Of a stretch of 64,000 nucleotides of DNA, positions 1-7,469 are shown piece after piece. Source of the stretch: Candidatus Aminicenantes bacterium (GTDB taxonomy: Bacteria > Acidobacteriota > Aminicenantia > Aminicenantales > Saccharicenantaceae). The notes under the pieces were generated by a model. The model saw only the letters and a list, made by a program, of their open reading frames with translations. It had not been told where the DNA came from and did no database searches. A program made the position numbers and the translations under genes. Where the stretch lies: positions 5,337-69,336 of the forward strand of contig CAVSAI010000031.1 in NCBI GenBank assembly GCA_963725825.1, in the 5' to 3' direction. Positions within the stretch are counted from its first letter, which is position 1. Every line of letters starts with the position of its first letter.

Positions 1-597
1 ACGCGCGGGCGCGCGGCGCATACGGCGCTCCGCGCCGACGGCGTGAATGCCATCGCGCACATGGGGCACGTGCTGACGGCGCTCGAAGAGTACGATCGGG
101 AGCTGCTGGAGCGGCCCGCCCACCCGCTGCTGGGACATGGCGCGGCCACGGTTTCGCTCGTTCAGGGCGGCAGCGAGTTATATACCTATCCGGCCCATTG
201 CCGGATCGATCTGGTGCGCCGCACCCTGCCCGGCGAAAACAGGGAAACGATCATGCGCGAGTTCGATGCGCTGCTGGCCGTGTCGGGTCGCACCGACCCC
301 CGGTTTTCGGCAAAGTTCGAGATCAATCTGCAGCGCGCGCCGCTCGAAACCCCCGCCGAATCGCCTATCGTCACGACGCTGGCGGCCATGGCGCAAAACG
401 AGCTGGGGCGCGCGCCGGGTATTATCGGTGCTCCCTACTGGACGGACGCGGGGTTGCTAGCGGAGGCCGGAATCCCGAGCGTGATATTCGGCCCTTCGGG
501 CGAGGGGCCGCACGCGGCCGTCGAATGGGTGAGCCTCGCGAGCGTCGATGCGCTGACCCGGATTCTGATCGAGACGGCCCGAACATTTTGCTCGTGA
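1..597 (+). CDS. M20 family metallopeptidase/deacylase (ArgE/DapE type), C-terminal part; 5' end lies outside the window
   Basis: The frame of ORF 43..597 is open to the window edge. The sequence ...GAPYWTDAGLLAEAGIPSVIFGPSGEGPHAAVEWVSL... resembles the C-terminal region of ArgE/DapE-type M20 enzymes. Confidence 0.8.
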   Translation, partial: TRGRAAHTALRADGVNAIAHMGHVLTALEEYDRELLERPAHPLLGHGAATVSLVQGGSELYTYPAHCRIDLVRRTLPGENRETIMREFDALLAVSGRTDPRFSAKFEINLQRAPLETPAESPIVTTLAAMAQNELGRAPGIIGAPYWTDAGLLAEAGIPSVIFGPSGEGPHAAVEWVSLASVDALTRILIETARTFCS

Positions 598-743
598 CAT
601 GATCATCGACAAGGTGATCGCATGGCGGCGAGGAAGCCAGGCTTATGAAATACCCTGAGTGCGAGGCCGTTAATCCGGTCGACTCAAAGTTCTGCAAGGA
701 ATTTCCTATCCTTAACTCGAGCAATACGGTATAAAGATAACGG

Positions 744-1120
744 CCGGAGTGGGCGAGACGGTCGCCTCTCCTTCCCGAGAGGGGAGAGAGGAGGAAAGTC
801 CGGACTCCGAAGGGCAGGATGATCGCTAACAGCGATCCCGGGCGACCGGGGGAAAGTGCCACAGAAAACACACCGCCCTCCGGGGGGCGCAAGCTCCCCG
901 GGGAGCAAGGGTGAAATGGCGAGGTAAGAGCTCACCGCCCCGGCGGCGACGCCGGGGGCAGGGCAAACCCCATCCGGAGCAAGGCCAAACGAGCCCCATT
1001 TTGGGATGGCCCGTCCCAGGGGGCGGGTCGGCCGCTGGATCCCGGGAGCAATCCCGGGACTAGACAAATGACCGTCGCCCGCGCAAGCGGGGACAGGATC
1101 CGGCTTACGTCCCGCTCCGG
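744..1120 (+). ncRNA. rnpB: RNase P RNA, bacterial type A
   Basis: Hallmark blocks read directly: GAGGAAAGTCCGGACTCC (~791-808), AAGGGTGAAA and GGTAAGAGCTCACC (~908-936), GGCAAACCCCATCCGGAGCAAGGCCAAA (962-989) and ACAGGATCCGGCTTA (~1093-1107). P1 pairs CCGGAGTGGGC (744-754) with GTCCCGCTCCGG (1109-1120). P2 pairs GAGACGGTC with GACCGTC. A TATAAA box at 730-735 sits ~8 nt upstream of the predicted 5' end. Confidence 0.9.
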
Positions 1121-1182
1121 CCGCTCTTCTTCTCTAGCGAGTCCCTACCCCTGGCCGCGGATTTTATGCTATAAGCGGTGCC

Positions 1183-1428
1183 ATGGTCCCTCAGCTCCCT
1201 TACAGTGCCATCGGCATCGGGATCGCCGTCATTTTTGGCGTCTGGGCCTTCGTCGTGGCCGAGACGGTCAAGGAGAGGGCCGCCATCGCGGGCGCCGCTC
1301 TTCTGGTCTTCCTCGCCGGAGCGATCTTCCACTCCCGGGCCGGCCAGCTCGTCGCGCTCATCGGCTGGGTCGTCTACGGGATCGGCTGCATCATCTACCT
1401 GCGTCTCAACGGCATGGAGATCCGCTGA
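1183..1428 (+). CDS. small hydrophobic membrane protein (81 aa, about 3 TM segments), unknown function
   Basis: ORF-track protein MVPQLPYSAIGIGIAVIFGVWAFVV... Its TGA stop overlaps the ATG of the downstream MFS gene (TGATG at 1426-1430), which suggests translational coupling. I recognise no family. Confidence 0.45.
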   Translation: MVPQLPYSAIGIGIAVIFGVWAFVVAETVKERAAIAGAALLVFLAGAIFHSRAGQLVALIGWVVYGIGCIIYLRLNGMEIR

Positions 1429-2657
1429 TGTCCCGCTTCGCCTGGTGGAAAGAGGCGTCGCCGGACGCCCGGCGGTCGCTTGTCGCCGCCTCGTTCGGCT
1501 GGATGCTCGACTCCTTCGACGTCATGCTCTACGCCATGGTCCTCGCGGCGCTGATGGCCGACCTGGGCATGGCCAAGGCGACTGCGGGACTGCTGGGCTC
1601 GCTGACCCTGGCCGCGTCGGCCGTCGGGGGCCTCGTCTTCGGCGTCCTGGCCGACCGCTTCGGGCGCCGGCAAGCGCTCATGGCCAGCATCGTCATCTAT
1701 TCGGTCTTCACGGCCGCCTGCGGCTTCGCCACGGGAGTCGCCATGCTGGCCGTCTTCCGCGTATTCCTCGGGCTCGGGATGGGAGGAGAATGGGCGAGCG
1801 GCGCGTCGCTCGTCTGCGAGACCTGGCCGGCCGAACACCGCGGCAAGGCCCTGGGCATCGTCCAGAGCTCCTGGGCGGTCGGCTATGCCCTGGCCGCGGC
1901 TGTCGCCGCCGTCGTCCTGCCCGTCTGGGGCTGGCGAGGGGTCTTCTTCGTCGGCGTCCTGCCGGCCTTCTTCACCCTCTGGATCCAAAGACGGGTCCGG
2001 GAGCCCGAGATCTGGAGGACCGCCCGCGCGGCCGCCCCCAAGGTCCGAGCCGGATTCGGCGAGATCTTCGGCCGAAAGAGGCTGCGCCTGACCGTCTTCG
2101 TCACCCTGATGAATGCCTGCACGATGTTCGCCTGGTGGGGATTCAACCTTTGGCTTCCGGCCTATCTGTCCATGCCGTCCGGCGAGGGAGGGATCGGCCT
2201 CCCGCCCCGGACGATGTCCGCTCTGATCATCTTCATGCAGGCCGGCATGTGGCTCGGGTACATCACCTTCGGATTCATCAGCGACAGGCTCGGGCGGAAG
2301 AGGTCTTATGTAGGCTTCCTCATCGCCGCCGCGGCTTTCATGGTGCTCTATTCGAGGACACGCGACCCCCTGGTCCTGCTGGCGTTGGGTCCGTTCGTCG
2401 CCTTCTTCGGCACCGGATATTTCACGGGTTTCGGAGCCCTGACCGCGGAGATCTACCCGACCGCCATCCGGGCCACGGCGCAAGGCATTACCTATAACAC
2501 AGGCCGCATCGTCAGCGCCGTCGCTCCATTCGCGGTCGGTTCCCTGGCCCAGACGAGGGGATTCGGGTTCTCGTTCGTCATGATCGCAGCGGCTTTCCTG
2601 GCGGCGGCGCTCTTCTGGGCGGGCATTCCCGAGACGGCCGGGAAACAGCTGGATTAG
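1428..2657 (+). CDS. MFS transporter (metabolite:H+ symporter type)
   Basis: This is the in-frame part of ORF 1068..2657 starting at MSRFAWWKEASPDARRSLVAASFGWMLDSFDVMLYAMVL. It shows 12-TM style hydrophobic periodicity and MFS-like loops (GVLADRFGRRQ, SDRLGRKR). The upstream 120 codons of the track ORF overlap rnpB and are Arg/Ser-rich noise. Confidence 0.85.
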   Translation: MSRFAWWKEASPDARRSLVAASFGWMLDSFDVMLYAMVLAALMADLGMAKATAGLLGSLTLAASAVGGLVFGVLADRFGRRQALMASIVIYSVFTAACGFATGVAMLAVFRVFLGLGMGGEWASGASLVCETWPAEHRGKALGIVQSSWAVGYALAAAVAAVVLPVWGWRGVFFVGVLPAFFTLWIQRRVREPEIWRTARAAAPKVRAGFGEIFGRKRLRLTVFVTLMNACTMFAWWGFNLWLPAYLSMPSGEGGIGLPPRTMSALIIFMQAGMWLGYITFGFISDRLGRKRSYVGFLIAAAAFMVLYSRTRDPLVLLALGPFVAFFGTGYFTGFGALTAEIYPTAIRATAQGITYNTGRIVSAVAPFAVGSLAQTRGFGFSFVMIAAAFLAAALFWAGIPETAGKQLD

Positions 2658-2810
2658 ATACCTCGTTTGCGCTGTCCCCTGGCACGCGTCCCTTCGCGAT
2701 GGCGGCGCGCTTTTGGATCGGCGTCCCGAGATGGCAGGCAAGATCATGGATCAGGCGGCCGACGGCCCAGGGCTCGAGCCTGAGGGTCACCTGCGAAAGG
2801 GCTAAAGCAC

Positions 2811-2888
2811 CTACCGTCTTCGTCTCCAATAGTAGCCGCCCCCGCCGAATAAAAGGACCAGCACGATGATGATGATGATGAGTGTCAT
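2811..2888 (-). CDS. 25-aa hydrophobic micro-protein (MTLIIIIIVLVLLFGGGGYYWRRRR)
   Basis: Not in the ORF track because it is too short. The ATG at 2888 is preceded by GGGAGGAGACGACC (strong SD), and the TAG stop is at 2811-2813. It lies directly downstream of csbD-like on the same strand. It has one TM-like segment followed by a Gly/Tyr/Arg tail. Confidence 0.35.
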   Translation of the reverse strand: MTLIIIIIVLVLLFGGGGYYWRRRR

Positions 2889-2958
2889 GGTCGTCTCCTC
2901 CCTTTATGCAGCCGACTAGCCCTGTCTTTTCGGATTCTTCCGGATCCCCGGGCCGTCG

Positions 2959-3126
2959 TCAGTTCACGGCCTTTTTGACCGTACGCTTCACATCCTTGAC
3001 CGCGCCCTTGACCTGGCCCTTGAGTTCATCCCGCTCACCCTCTCGCCGGAGCTTCTTGTTGCCGGTCAAGTCCCCGACAGCCTGTTTGATCTTGCCTTTG
3101 CTCTTGTCGATGATCTCGCCCATCAT
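2959..3126 (-). CDS. CsbD family general stress protein (55 aa)
   Basis: Hand translation gives MMGEIIDKSKGKIKQAVGDLTGNKKLRREGERDELKGQVKGAVKDVKRTVKKAVN, a typical CsbD repeat pattern (KGKxKxxxGxxTGNxxL..EG..D...G). An AGGAG SD lies upstream of the ATG. Confidence 0.85.
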   Translation of the reverse strand: MMGEIIDKSKGKIKQAVGDLTGNKKLRREGERDELKGQVKGAVKDVKRTVKKAVN

Positions 3127-3175
3127 TCACTCCTGTGGTCAAGATAAAAAGGTCTCACCGCAACGTCTCGCCTTT

Positions 3176-3934
3176 TTACTCGATGATCATTCGGTTGTAG
3201 ATCTTTTTGACGCCGTTAATATCTTCAATACGTTTGGTCACCAATTCCTTTTCCGCAGCGTTTTTGGCCTTGCCGCTCACTGTGACCACGCCTTTGTCGA
3301 CAGAAATATCGGCTCTAAAGACGTTGGTGCCGCGGTGGAAAAGCAGCGCCAATTTGATCTGCGACTTTATGGACGCGTCATCGATAAATTCCCCGACCGA
3401 CTTGCGATCTCCATGGGGCATCTTGGCCACGGTCAGCTCATTGTCGACAGCCTTCACCCCTTCGATATCTTTGACATATTCGGTTGCCAGCCCTTTTTCG
3501 GCGCGGCTGTCGGCTTCACCCCTCAGGGTCACCCGGCCATCTTCCACAGTCACCTCGGTAACGGCACCGTCTAGATTGCGATGCAGCATGAGCATGGTTT
3601 TGACCTTCATGTGGATCCATGCATCCGAGCCCTTTGCCGGAATTCCCCCCTTGACCTCCAGCTTGTTGTCGACGCTCTTCACTCCAGGCAGATCGGCAAC
3701 CGTATCGGCCGCCAACGAGAGATGGGATTCCTCCGAAACGGTTCCCGTCAGGGTGACGACCCCATCCTGGGAGTGAATCTGGATATCATCGCCTTGGAGA
3801 TAGGTCTTGAAGACATACGATGATTTAAAGGTCGATTCGATGCGTCTGTCGACGTCTTGGGCGACCAGAGAGACGGTCATCATCAACACCACCAACGCTC
3901 CCAAGATCAACGTTTCCCGATAGTCTCTCTTCAC
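3176..3934 (-). CDS. BON domain protein (OsmY-like, three BON repeats, N-terminal TM/signal)
   Basis: In frame with ORF 3176..4090. The GTG at 3934 is preceded by AGAGGAGGAG. The protein starts VKRDYRETLILGALVVLMMTVSLVAQD and then has three repeats of the pattern ..V..GVVTL.G.V.....K..A...V..I.GVK.V.N.L.V. Confidence 0.85.
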   Translation of the reverse strand: MKRDYRETLILGALVVLMMTVSLVAQDVDRRIESTFKSSYVFKTYLQGDDIQIHSQDGVVTLTGTVSEESHLSLAADTVADLPGVKSVDNKLEVKGGIPAKGSDAWIHMKVKTMLMLHRNLDGAVTEVTVEDGRVTLRGEADSRAEKGLATEYVKDIEGVKAVDNELTVAKMPHGDRKSVGEFIDDASIKSQIKLALLFHRGTNVFRADISVDKGVVTVSGKAKNAAEKELVTKRIEDINGVKKIYNRMIIE

Positions 3935-3975
3935 TTCGACTCCTCCTCTTGACTGATCAGGCTGCGTTTCTAACG

Positions 3976-4125
3976 CTAAACAACCCTGCGGCCCTGCAAC
4001 AATCGTATGATCAGAACGACCACGGCGATGACAAGAAGAAGATGGATCAGGCCGCTGCTGACGTGGAACGCGAAAAACCCTAAAGCCCACAGGATGACCA
4101 AGATGATGATAATTGTCTCAAGCAT
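3976..4125 (-). CDS. lmo0937-family small membrane protein (49 aa)
   Basis: Hand translation gives MLETIIIILVILWALGFFAFHVSSGLIHLLLVIAVVVLIIRLLQGRRVV. The LWxxGFF...IHLLLVIA...GRR pattern matches that family as I remember it. A GAGGAGG SD lies 6 nt upstream of the ATG at 4125. Confidence 0.7.
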   Translation of the reverse strand: MLETIIIILVILWALGFFAFHVSSGLIHLLLVIAVVVLIIRLLQGRRVV

Positions 4126-4465
4126 GCCGACCTCCTCTTTTTAATTAGCCTCTCGCTGCCCTGCTCCCAGCCGCCATCGGGACGGGCAAGGCAAAGCTTA
4201 AAGAAGCCACTTATCATATAGCCGTTTTCATGCCAGGATATTTCGGTACGATCGGAATGACATAAAAAAAGCTTTCTTCTCTGGGAAATGGCGGAATTCC
4301 GGGAGACCGGTGGTCTGAAGCCTCCGGTTGGGTAGACGAAGCCGCTGCCCTGACTCAGAAATAATTCTGTTCAATAGCACGATTCCCATCTAAGCGGACA
4401 TTCTTTACCTATGGTCAGGGCTAGGAATCGAAGAAGCGGCGTTTGAATGAGCTGCGCGGTCGAGG

Positions 4466-5896
4466 CTAGAAGGCGACCGAAATGGCCTGACGGATCAGAG
4501 TCAGAAGATTGCCCGGCCACACGCCGAGCTGGACGACCCCAATAAGACACATGAAGATGACCAGGTAGAGGGCCGGGTTATCGCGGTCGATGGCGGGTTC
4601 AGTTTCGGCGTCCTGCATGTACATCGCGACGATGATCTTCAGGTAGTAGGCGACCGCGATGAGGCTGGCCAGGACGCCCGCCACGGCCAGGAGCACATGC
4701 CCCTTCGCGACCGCGGCGCTGAAGATATAGAATTTTCCCAAGAAACCGGCCGTGGGCGGGATGCCGGCCAGCGACAGCAGAAAGACAGCCAGGCATGCGG
4801 CGAGCCAGGGGTGCCTGCGCCCCAGTCCCGCCAGGTCGGCGAGCGAGGTGCGCTCTTCGCTCTTCCCGGCCAGCGCCGCCAGGACGCCGAACGCCCCGAC
4901 GTTCATGAACGCATACGCAATGATGTAGAAGACGAGTCCGGGCCCATCGCCGGAGACGACCCCGACGAGGAGGTAGCCCGAATGGGCGATGGCCGAATAA
5001 GCCAGGAGTCTTTTGACGTCCTTCTGCCTTAAGGCGGCCAGATTCCCCACGAACATCGTCAGGACAGCGGCAACCGCTACGGCCTGCATGAGAAACGGAG
5101 CCGCCCCGCCGCGGCCGGGGAGTGGGGCCAGGGCGCGGAAGAGAACGACCAGCCCCGCGGCCTTGGGGGCGATGGTCAGGAAGGCGCTGACGGGCGTCGG
5201 CGCGCCTTGATAGACGTCAGGCGCCCACATGTGGAAGGGGACGATGGCGATCTTGAAGAAAAGGGCGGCCACAATGAGGCCCAGGCCGAATACGTCGGCA
5301 ACGGATGCCGCCGCGGACGGGCCGCCCCCTCCGGCAAGGCCAGCGGCGAAGCTCAGCCCGCCCGAAGTCCCAAAGAGGATGGCCAGGCCAAAAACAAAGA
5401 ACGCTCCGGCGAAGCTGCCCATCAGAAAGTACTTCGCCGCCGCTTCGGACGAGGCCCGGTCATTCCGCCTGAGGCCGGCGAGCGCGTAGGAAGCGACCGA
5501 CAGAACCTCGAGCCCCAGGAAGACGACGAGCCAGTCCGTCGACGAGACCATGATCATCAGGCCCGAGACGGCGAGCAATAGCAGGCCGCAGAGCTGGCCG
5601 AGGTTGATGTCCCGGCGGCGGGCGTACTCGAGGCTCATCAGCAGGACAAAGGCCGCGATCAGAACGAAAACGGCCATGAGGAGGAGGGCGAGCGGGTCGA
5701 GGACGAGCCGCCCCCCGAAACAGGTCAGCTCCAGCCCCCAGGAACGGACGATCAGGAACCCGGCGACGAAGAGGGAAACGATCGTCGCCGTCGCCGACAC
5801 ATCGTGGTCCTTCCGCTTCAGGAACGCCTCGAAGAGCAGGGCGACCAGGGCGCCCGCGACCACGGCGAGGAGGGGAGTCAGGGCCATGAGCGACAT
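4466..5896 (-). CDS. nuoN: NADH-quinone oxidoreductase subunit N
   Basis: 476-aa polytopic antiporter-like protein that is last in the J-K-L-M-N order. It carries typical NuoN/ND2 segments (KIAIVPFHMWAPDVYQGAPTPVSAF, KRLLAYSAIAHSGY). Confidence 0.9.
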   Translation of the reverse strand: MSLMALTPLLAVVAGALVALLFEAFLKRKDHDVSATATIVSLFVAGFLIVRSWGLELTCFGGRLVLDPLALLLMAVFVLIAAFVLLMSLEYARRRDINLGQLCGLLLLAVSGLMIMVSSTDWLVVFLGLEVLSVASYALAGLRRNDRASSEAAAKYFLMGSFAGAFFVFGLAILFGTSGGLSFAAGLAGGGGPSAAASVADVFGLGLIVAALFFKIAIVPFHMWAPDVYQGAPTPVSAFLTIAPKAAGLVVLFRALAPLPGRGGAAPFLMQAVAVAAVLTMFVGNLAALRQKDVKRLLAYSAIAHSGYLLVGVVSGDGPGLVFYIIAYAFMNVGAFGVLAALAGKSEERTSLADLAGLGRRHPWLAACLAVFLLSLAGIPPTAGFLGKFYIFSAAVAKGHVLLAVAGVLASLIAVAYYLKIIVAMYMQDAETEPAIDRDNPALYLVIFMCLIGVVQLGVWPGNLLTLIRQAISVAF

Positions 5897-5897
5897 G

Positions 5898-7469
5898 CTA
5901 GCGCTCCGGCTCTACGGCTCCCGCCTCGTCCGCTGCGGACGGAATAGCGAGTGTCAGGCTGGACGTCAGCGCCGGCTTGGCCTTCGCGGACTCGACGTAA
6001 CGGGTGATCGAGGCGTCCATCTTTCTTAGGATCGTCCCCGGGAAGAGGCCCATGAAGACCATGAGGACAATGATCGGAACAAGATAGGCGAGCTCGCGCC
6101 CATCGAGATCGCGCAGCCTCGTGTCCTGAGGATCCTTGAGCGGGCCGTGCATGACCCGCCGGTAGAGCCAGAGGAGATAGGCGGCCGAGAGGACGACCGT
6201 CGATACGCCGAGGATGGCCAGGAACTTGTTCGATCCGAAGATGCCGAAGAAGCACAGGATCTCCCCGACGAAGCCGTTGAGTCCGGGCAGGCCGGCCGAC
6301 GAAAGCATCGCGACAAGGAAGAGACCGGCGAAGACCGGCATGCGCGCCGCCGCGCCGCCGTAATCCGTGATGAGCCGGGTGTGGGTCCGCTCGTAGAGGA
6401 TGCCGACGCAGAGGAAGAGGGCCCCGGTGCTCAGGCCGTGGTTGAGCATCTGGTAGAGGGCGCCCTCCGTCGCCTCGAAGTTGAGCGAGAAAATGGCCAG
6501 CATGATCAGACCCATGTGGCTGACGCTCGAGTAGGCGACGAGGGATTTCATGTCCTTCTGGACAAGGGCCATCAGCCCGCCGTAGATGATGCCGACGACG
6601 GCCAGGATCGTCAGAGCCGGGGCGAAGGAAGCCGCGGCGTGAGGAAAAAGAGGGATGCCCAGCCGCACGAAGCCGTAGGCGCCCATTTTCAGCAGGATCG
6701 CCGCCAGAAGGACAGAGCCCGCCGTGGGCGCTTCGACATGGGCGTCCGGGAGCCAGGTGTGGAGCGGGAACAGGGGGATCTTGATGGCGAAGGCCAGGCC
6801 GAAGGCGAGAAAGAGCCAGGTCTGCAGACCCGGAGCAAATGGCGTCGCGGCCAGGTCGGCGATCGTCAGCGAGTAGCTTCCCGTGGCCCGGTAATAGGCG
6901 GCGTGGAGGACGAAGATCCCGGCCAGCATGAGCAGGCTGCCGAACATGGTGAAGAGGACGAACTTCGTCGTCGCGTAGATGCGCCTTCGCCCGCCCCAGA
7001 TGCCGATGAGGAAGTACATCGGGATGAGCATGGCCTCCCAGAAGACATAGAACAGAAACAGGTTCAGCGAGACGAAGACGCCGATCATGCCGGTCTCGAG
7101 CAGCAGCATGAAGACGGAGAACTCTTTGACCCTGTCGCCGATGGCCCGCCAGGACGAGAGCAGCGCGAGAGGCGTCAGGAACGCGGCCAGGAGGACGAGG
7201 AACAGGCTGATGCCGTCGACGCCGACGTGATAGTCGAGGCCGCGGCCGAGCCACGACGCCCGTTCGACGAATTCCGGCAAACCCGATATGCCGCTGAAGC
7301 CGAGGTAGAGCGCGAACGACAGGCCGAAGGTCAGGAGCGATATGGCTATGGCCAGGACCCTCACGGTCTTGACAGATGCGCCACGGATGAAGACGAGAAG
7401 GATCGATCCGGCGAGCGGCAGGAAGGTGACGATGGAGACGATGGGGATGCCGGTCGCCATGGACTTCAT
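5898..7469 (-). CDS. nuoM: NADH-quinone oxidoreductase subunit M
   Basis: 523 aa with NuoM/ND4 motifs (FYVFWEAMLIPMYFLIGIWGG, LHTWLPDAHVEAPTAGSVLLA, KSLVAYSSVSHMG). Confidence 0.9.
   Translation of the reverse strand: MKSMATGIPIVSIVTFLPLAGSILLVFIRGASVKTVRVLAIAISLLTFGLSFALYLGFSGISGLPEFVERASWLGRGLDYHVGVDGISLFLVLLAAFLTPLALLSSWRAIGDRVKEFSVFMLLLETGMIGVFVSLNLFLFYVFWEAMLIPMYFLIGIWGGRRRIYATTKFVLFTMFGSLLMLAGIFVLHAAYYRATGSYSLTIADLAATPFAPGLQTWLFLAFGLAFAIKIPLFPLHTWLPDAHVEAPTAGSVLLAAILLKMGAYGFVRLGIPLFPHAAASFAPALTILAVVGIIYGGLMALVQKDMKSLVAYSSVSHMGLIMLAIFSLNFEATEGALYQMLNHGLSTGALFLCVGILYERTHTRLITDYGGAAARMPVFAGLFLVAMLSSAGLPGLNGFVGEILCFFGIFGSNKFLAILGVSTVVLSAAYLLWLYRRVMHGPLKDPQDTRLRDLDGRELAYLVPIIVLMVFMGLFPGTILRKMDASITRYVESAKAKPALTSSLTLAIPSAADEAGAVEPER

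Noticed and set aside
645-734. 29-codon ORF MKYPECEAVNPVDSKFCKEFPILNSSNTV with a weak SD. It resembles the first knuckle of a zinc-ribbon (CPxC...NP...KFCxxCG).
   Set aside because: The first and last Cys/Gly ligand positions are lost (YPEC, KEFP). The ORF is truncated and overlaps the predicted rnpB promoter (-10 box at 730-735). At best it is a decayed remnant, so I did not call it as a gene.
1068-1427. N-terminal 120 codons of the 529-aa track ORF 1068..2657 (apparent long extension of the MFS transporter).
   Set aside because: These codons overlap the 3' part of RNase P RNA and the small membrane-protein gene. Their composition is Arg/Ser/Gly/Pro-rich high-GC noise. The recognisable MFS sequence begins at the ATG at 1428.
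1395-2747. Very long antisense or alternative-frame ORFs throughout the window. Examples: 1395..2747(-), 6147..7523(+), 8297..9385(+), 13894..15177(-), 31560..32918(-), 44539..45684(+), 46250..47803(-), 54047..56110(-), 55518..57365(-).
   Set aside because: These are typical high-GC artefacts. Their composition is dominated by Arg, Gly, Pro, Asp and Ala, with no recognisable motifs. Each fully overlaps a gene on the other strand or frame that has clear family signatures.
4221-4236. Sigma54-like element on the minus strand upstream of the stress cluster: TGGCATgaaaaCGGC (GG-N10-GC spacing is correct).
   Set aside because: The -12 element deviates from TTGC(A/T), and there is no enhancer-binding-protein gene or upstream activator site nearby. 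A single weak match is not enough to call it.
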